Source: Armatimonas sp.
GTDB lineage: Bacteria; Armatimonadota; Armatimonadia; Armatimonadales; Armatimonadaceae
Length of the DNA: 61,625 bases
Assembly (NCBI RefSeq): GCF_043757465.1
Contig: NZ_JAYVPL010000091.1
Coordinates: forward strand, 1-61,625
Reading direction: 5' to 3'
Every line of letters begins with the position of its first letter. The stretch's first letter is position 1. Below are positions 58,275 to 61,625 of the stretch, piece after piece. The notes below the pieces were generated by a model, which saw only the letters and a program-made list of their open reading frames with translations, did not search any database and was not told the DNA's origin. The position numbers and the translations under genes were made by a program.

Positions 58275-59940
58275 ACCTGAGTTTCTGCTGCGCCTCGCCG
58301 TTTTCCGGATCCAGACGTAGAGCTTTCTTATACTGGAACAGTGCCGCCGCATACTGCTGATCCTGATAGAGTGCATTGCCCAGTGACAGTGCCTCCACAA
58401 CTCGCCCCTGGCGTAAAAGCTCATTGAGCTCCGGCCCGGAGACGCCCTTCTGACGCGCTTCGGTGAAGGCCACGAGTGCCCCAGGCGCATTGCCCTGGTG
58501 CAGGAGAGCCCTCCCACGCGCCAGTGCACTCTCCGCCGCCGCGTAGCGTGCCTCGGCAAGAAGCGCACGGGCAGCGGTCGCCAGAGGATCTGCCTGAATG
58601 GCTTCCAGGAAAGCCGCCTCCGCCGCTTCGGTGTTCCGCTCGGTTAGAGCAACCTGGGCCTCCGAAAGTTTCGTGCTGTACCAGCGCTGCCGAAGTGCCC
58701 CGTGCGCCTCCGTGAGCCGCGCATCCGCGGGAAGTTCTTGTGCTGCCAGAGTGAGATGGGAGCTCGCTCCTGCAAAGTCCCCCACGGTCTCGGCGGTCTG
58801 GGCCGCGGCGAGTGCACGCTGCCGCAGGTCGGTGAGTACCTCGCCCAGAAGCGCACAGGAGCGCAGATCCGAGGGCACCACTGCCAGACGCGTTCGGAGC
58901 ACCTCGGCGGCGGCGTTCACATTCCCCCTGTCCCATGCCCCCTGCGCCTCCGCCAGAGTGGCCTCTTCCGAGAGTGAGGCAACCCGCTCCCCAAAAGTCA
59001 GCTCGTAGGCAGTGAGTGTCCCATCCCGCAGGCTCACGGCGACAAAGCGCCCCGACGGCGAGATAGAGATTCCCGTGGGCCGCGCGTCTTCGAAGTCTAT
59101 GTCCCAGGTAGGCAGTCCCTCTTCGGACAGAAAAACCAGCCGCCCACTTGTCCCGTCCAGTGCGAGCAGCACCGCGACACTCTTGCCCTCAGCATCTAAA
59201 GACAGCTCAACCGGGGTGCCGATCAGCTCGGTGAACCAGAGGAGCGTGCCATCGCTGCCGACCATCCCCACCCCCCCGACCTCGACCTGCGGCCCTCCCG
59301 TGGCAAAAACGGTGCGCTCGGGGCCGATGGTGGCAATCGCAAGGAGTGGGACATCCTGCCGGTGGTTCCAGACTGTCTTGCGGGTCTGATCAATCAAAGT
59401 CAGATCGCCACTCTCGCCCGCGACCGCCATAAAACAAGCGCTGCGGTCTATGCAGACACGGTTAATGGGAAAAGAAATATCTTTGGTCCACAGTAACCGG
59501 CCGCCCAGCTCCCCCAGTGCCACGGAGTGCCCGGAGCCGACAATGTCACAGAACGCTGCGGCAAACCGTGGCGTATCCACCCCGAGGGAGACATCGGTGT
59601 ACGAAGCGCGCCGGTCGGGCAGAAAGCGTGTCTTACGATTCTCCCGAAACAGATAAAGGTCATCGTCGGTGGTGCCAATGTAGGTGGAACCATCGGGCGC
59701 GATCTCGGTCTTACGGAGGGTCTCAACACTGTAGGTATGCACCCGACGGCTACGCCCCTGCTCCGAGTAGCGCACTAAGTGAAAGGTTCGCACCTCAAGC
59801 TCATCGGGGACGGAGACCAAAAGTGTCCCGTCGTCCTGCATCGCATAACGAGAGAGAGCGGCCAGGCCACGCGCTTTTCGGAGGAAGGTGAGGTTGACGT
59901 TCGTAATGTCGGGCATGCAGTAGAGATTATAGCACGACAC
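58216..59940 (-). CDS. Hypothetical beta-propeller (WD40/PQQ-like) protein with C-terminal TPR-like repeats
   Basis: 574 aa. Repeated DGT/DGS-containing blade-like segments (SPSGRFVAVSLRDGTLTAY, GSDGTLLWF). The C-terminal ~200 aa are Ala-rich helical repeats (ALRLDPENGEAQQKLRYAQNFL). Confidence 0.45.
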   Translation of the reverse strand: MSCYNLYCMPDITNVNLTFLRKARGLAALSRYAMQDDGTLLVSVPDELEVRTFHLVRYSEQGRSRRVHTYSVETLRKTEIAPDGSTYIGTTDDDLYLFRENRKTRFLPDRRASYTDVSLGVDTPRFAAAFCDIVGSGHSVALGELGGRLLWTKDISFPINRVCIDRSACFMAVAGESGDLTLIDQTRKTVWNHRQDVPLLAIATIGPERTVFATGGPQVEVGGVGMVGSDGTLLWFTELIGTPVELSLDAEGKSVAVLLALDGTSGRLVFLSEEGLPTWDIDFEDARPTGISISPSGRFVAVSLRDGTLTAYELTFGERVASLSEEATLAEAQGAWDRGNVNAAAEVLRTRLAVVPSDLRSCALLGEVLTDLRQRALAAAQTAETVGDFAGASSHLTLAAQELPADARLTEAHGALRQRWYSTKLSEAQVALTERNTEAAEAAFLEAIQADPLATAARALLAEARYAAAESALARGRALLHQGNAPGALVAFTEARQKGVSGPELNELLRQGRVVEALSLGNALYQDQQYAAALFQYKKALRLDPENGEAQQKLRYAQNFLQDTQLSDRFSRLE

Positions 59941-59979
59941 TGCCTTGCCCCGCCTCGGACAAAGTGCTACAATCTAACG

Positions 59980-60840
59980 ATGAATGAGGAACTGACAAGG
60001 CGGTCGTTTTTGAAGCTGTCTGCCGCCACAACAGTGGCCGCGGCTGTCGGGCATTCGGCAAGTGCTCGAATAACAGCCAAACGAATACCACTGGGGCTAG
60101 AGCTTTACTCGGTGCGCGATGCGCTTGCCAAAGACCTGATGGGAACCGTACGCGCAGTCGCCAAGCTCGGCTATGAGGTGGTTGAGTTCTACTCCCCCTA
60201 CCAGTCCTGGACTCCTGAGTACGCCAAAGAAGTACGCAAGCTTCTGGATGAGCTGAAGATTAAGTGTCTGTCCACCCACAACAGCCGCTCCGGGCTTGAG
60301 GGCGACGGCCTCAAGAAGGCAATTGAACTCAACCAAGTTCTAGGCTCCAAGACCATTGTCATGGCCAGCGCGGGTAGAACACAGACCCAGGACGACTGGA
60401 AGCGTGTTGCGGAGACACTCACAAGCGCGGCAGCAGTGCTGAAGCCGCTAAAGATGCGGGCGGGCTACCACAACCACCAGACCGAGTTCATCGAGAAAGA
60501 AGGCTTCCGGCCCATCCAGCTCCTGGCTGCCAACACCCCCAAAGAGGTCACGCTCCAGTTCGATGTGGGAACGTGCATGGAAGTCGGCTACGATCCCCTC
60601 GCCTGGATCGCGGCCAACCCCGGACGGATTCGCTCGCTCCACCTCAAAGACTGGGGCAAGACCGAGGGCTACAAAGTGCTCTTTAGCGAGGGCGAGACGC
60701 CCTGGGCCAAGCTTCTGGACTTAGCGGCGAGCAAGGGCGGGGCGGAGTGCTTCCTGATCGAGCAAGAAGGCAGCCGTTTCCCGTCTTTGGAGACCGCCGA
60801 AAAATGCCTGGCAAACTACCGTAAGCTGCGCCCCGCCTAA
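59980..60840 (+). CDS. Sugar phosphate isomerase/epimerase (xylose-isomerase-like TIM barrel) with a Tat signal peptide
   Basis: MNEELTRRSFLKLSAATTVAAAVGHSASA is a Tat signal. TIM-barrel AP-endonuclease-2 family pattern (LGLELYSV...AKLGYEVVEF...HNHQTEF...HLKD). The 67-codon upstream ORF-track extension was rejected. Confidence 0.75.
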   Translation: MNEELTRRSFLKLSAATTVAAAVGHSASARITAKRIPLGLELYSVRDALAKDLMGTVRAVAKLGYEVVEFYSPYQSWTPEYAKEVRKLLDELKIKCLSTHNSRSGLEGDGLKKAIELNQVLGSKTIVMASAGRTQTQDDWKRVAETLTSAAAVLKPLKMRAGYHNHQTEFIEKEGFRPIQLLAANTPKEVTLQFDVGTCMEVGYDPLAWIAANPGRIRSLHLKDWGKTEGYKVLFSEGETPWAKLLDLAASKGGAECFLIEQEGSRFPSLETAEKCLANYRKLRPA

Positions 60841-61102
60841 CTCCGTCCCGCCTCACTCCATCCCCCAAGGCAAGGCAAGAGAATGCATCATTTTTGGAAA
60901 GCTCTGTTGATGCTTGCGGCGCTGTGCACGGCTAGCGCCCTGCCTGCGGCTAAAAATCAGCCCACGGCTAAAAAGCACCCCAGAGGCAGGTGGTACGCTG
61001 CTCGACCGCACGACGGTTCTATTCGGTAGCAACCTAGGCAATGCCAGTAGCCACGATACTAAAAACATGCCGATTCCCGGCTTCGAGCTCGCCGCGTGAG
61101 CT

Positions 61103-61625
61103 TTATTTTATCGGTGCGGCGTTCCATACCTTGAGGTCGTCAAACCAGCCGTCCTTGCCCCCGACGCCAAGCTCGATCTTAGACTTCGTCGCGTGCCCAA
61201 TGCCGGGGGACTTCAGATAGCCCACAGGCTTGCCCTCAATCGTGACACGCATTTGGTCGCCGACGGTTTCTACAACAAGGCGGTACCACTTTCCCGTCTC
61301 TAACTTAGTGGGGAAGCTGGCGCTGTGCGCGGCGAGCGGCTTACTGATCTGCGCTTTATTTGCCACAGGGTCTTTGCGCAGCTCGATCAAGGCATTGCTC
61401 TGGCTACCATCGCGCTCATCAATGAGGGTGACTTTATCAAGGCGCACTTGGGCACGGCAAAGATGACCGTAGTGCGAACCCGTGAACTTGCGATCATCGA
61501 ACTCCACATCAATCATGGTCGCGCCCTCAACTTTAGTTTCCGCTAATTGGGGGTAGTTTGCATGGCATGGCCAAAGACGATACAAGAGCTTATCAGAACA
61601 CAGGAAAGACCTTTGACCATGCCAA
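61103..61625 (-). CDS. DUF1080 (3-keto-disaccharide hydrolase / LamG-like) domain protein, 5'-partial at the window edge
   Basis: C-terminal half matches the DUF1080 pattern (GKWYRLVVETVGDQMRVTIEGKPV...IELGVGGKDGWFDDLKVWNA). The reading frame stays open to the window end; the ORF-track start at 61585 is a TTG. Confidence 0.5.
   Translation of the reverse strand, partial: WHGQRSFLCSDKLLYRLWPCHANYPQLAETKVEGATMIDVEFDDRKFTGSHYGHLCRAQVRLDKVTLIDERDGSQSNALIELRKDPVANKAQISKPLAAHSASFPTKLETGKWYRLVVETVGDQMRVTIEGKPVGYLKSPGIGHATKSKIELGVGGKDGWFDDLKVWNAAPIK

Noticed and set aside
59779-59979. N-terminal extension of the TIM-barrel isomerase ORF
   Set aside because: The Tat signal (RRSFLK) must be N-terminal. 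The start was moved to the ATG at 59980.

Overview
This 61.6 kb window is a high-GC (roughly 60%) bacterial chromosomal segment from a diderm organism. The diderm call rests on an lpxC-fabZ-lpxA-lpxB lipid-A cluster and a secretin. A DUF1559 prepilin-like protein, a Tat-signal TIM-barrel isomerase and a 'bifunctional YncE/phosphoesterase' architecture suggest an Armatimonadota/PVC/Acidobacteria-like lineage; this is inference, with low confidence.

The window is mostly housekeeping genes: nrnA-rbfA, recG, an OxyR-like regulator with katG, moaC-moeA, moaA, secA, mnmE, upp, comF, murQ, suhB, and a flotillin/NfeD pair. Two accessory blocks stand out.

1. A complete, translationally coupled type II secretion-like (type IV filament) operon on the minus strand. 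Its gene order is gspE-F-G-H-I-J-K-L-M-C/N-D, as in the Xanthomonas xps arrangement. Unusual points are a secretin with glycine-rich linkers and a major pseudopilin with Ala rather than Gly at the -1 cleavage position.

2. A 4.3 kb gene for a STAND NTPase (NB-ARC followed by TPR). It has an uncharacterised ~330 aa N-terminal domain and a downstream 320 aa partner of unknown function. Its C-terminal sensor is about 15 near-identical 126-bp tandem TPR units, and the few codon differences fall at the same recurring repeat positions. The 3' end of the gene is markedly AT-poor relative to the rest of the window. This is the best candidate for an undescribed NLR-like defence/signalling module.

Other notable points:
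- A KatG with an N-terminal Tat signal, plus an internal canonical start, so two isoforms are possible.
- A translationally coupled pair: a PD-(D/E)xK-like protein and a CPBP intramembrane protease.
- A frameshifted GH32 pseudogene.
- A ~590 bp AT-rich intergenic island between gspE and recG.
- Several clear intrinsic terminators.

No rRNA, tRNA, CRISPR, transposase or integrase was seen. Some ORF-track starts are TTG/GTG codons rendered as M, and several were re-assigned to internal ATGs.
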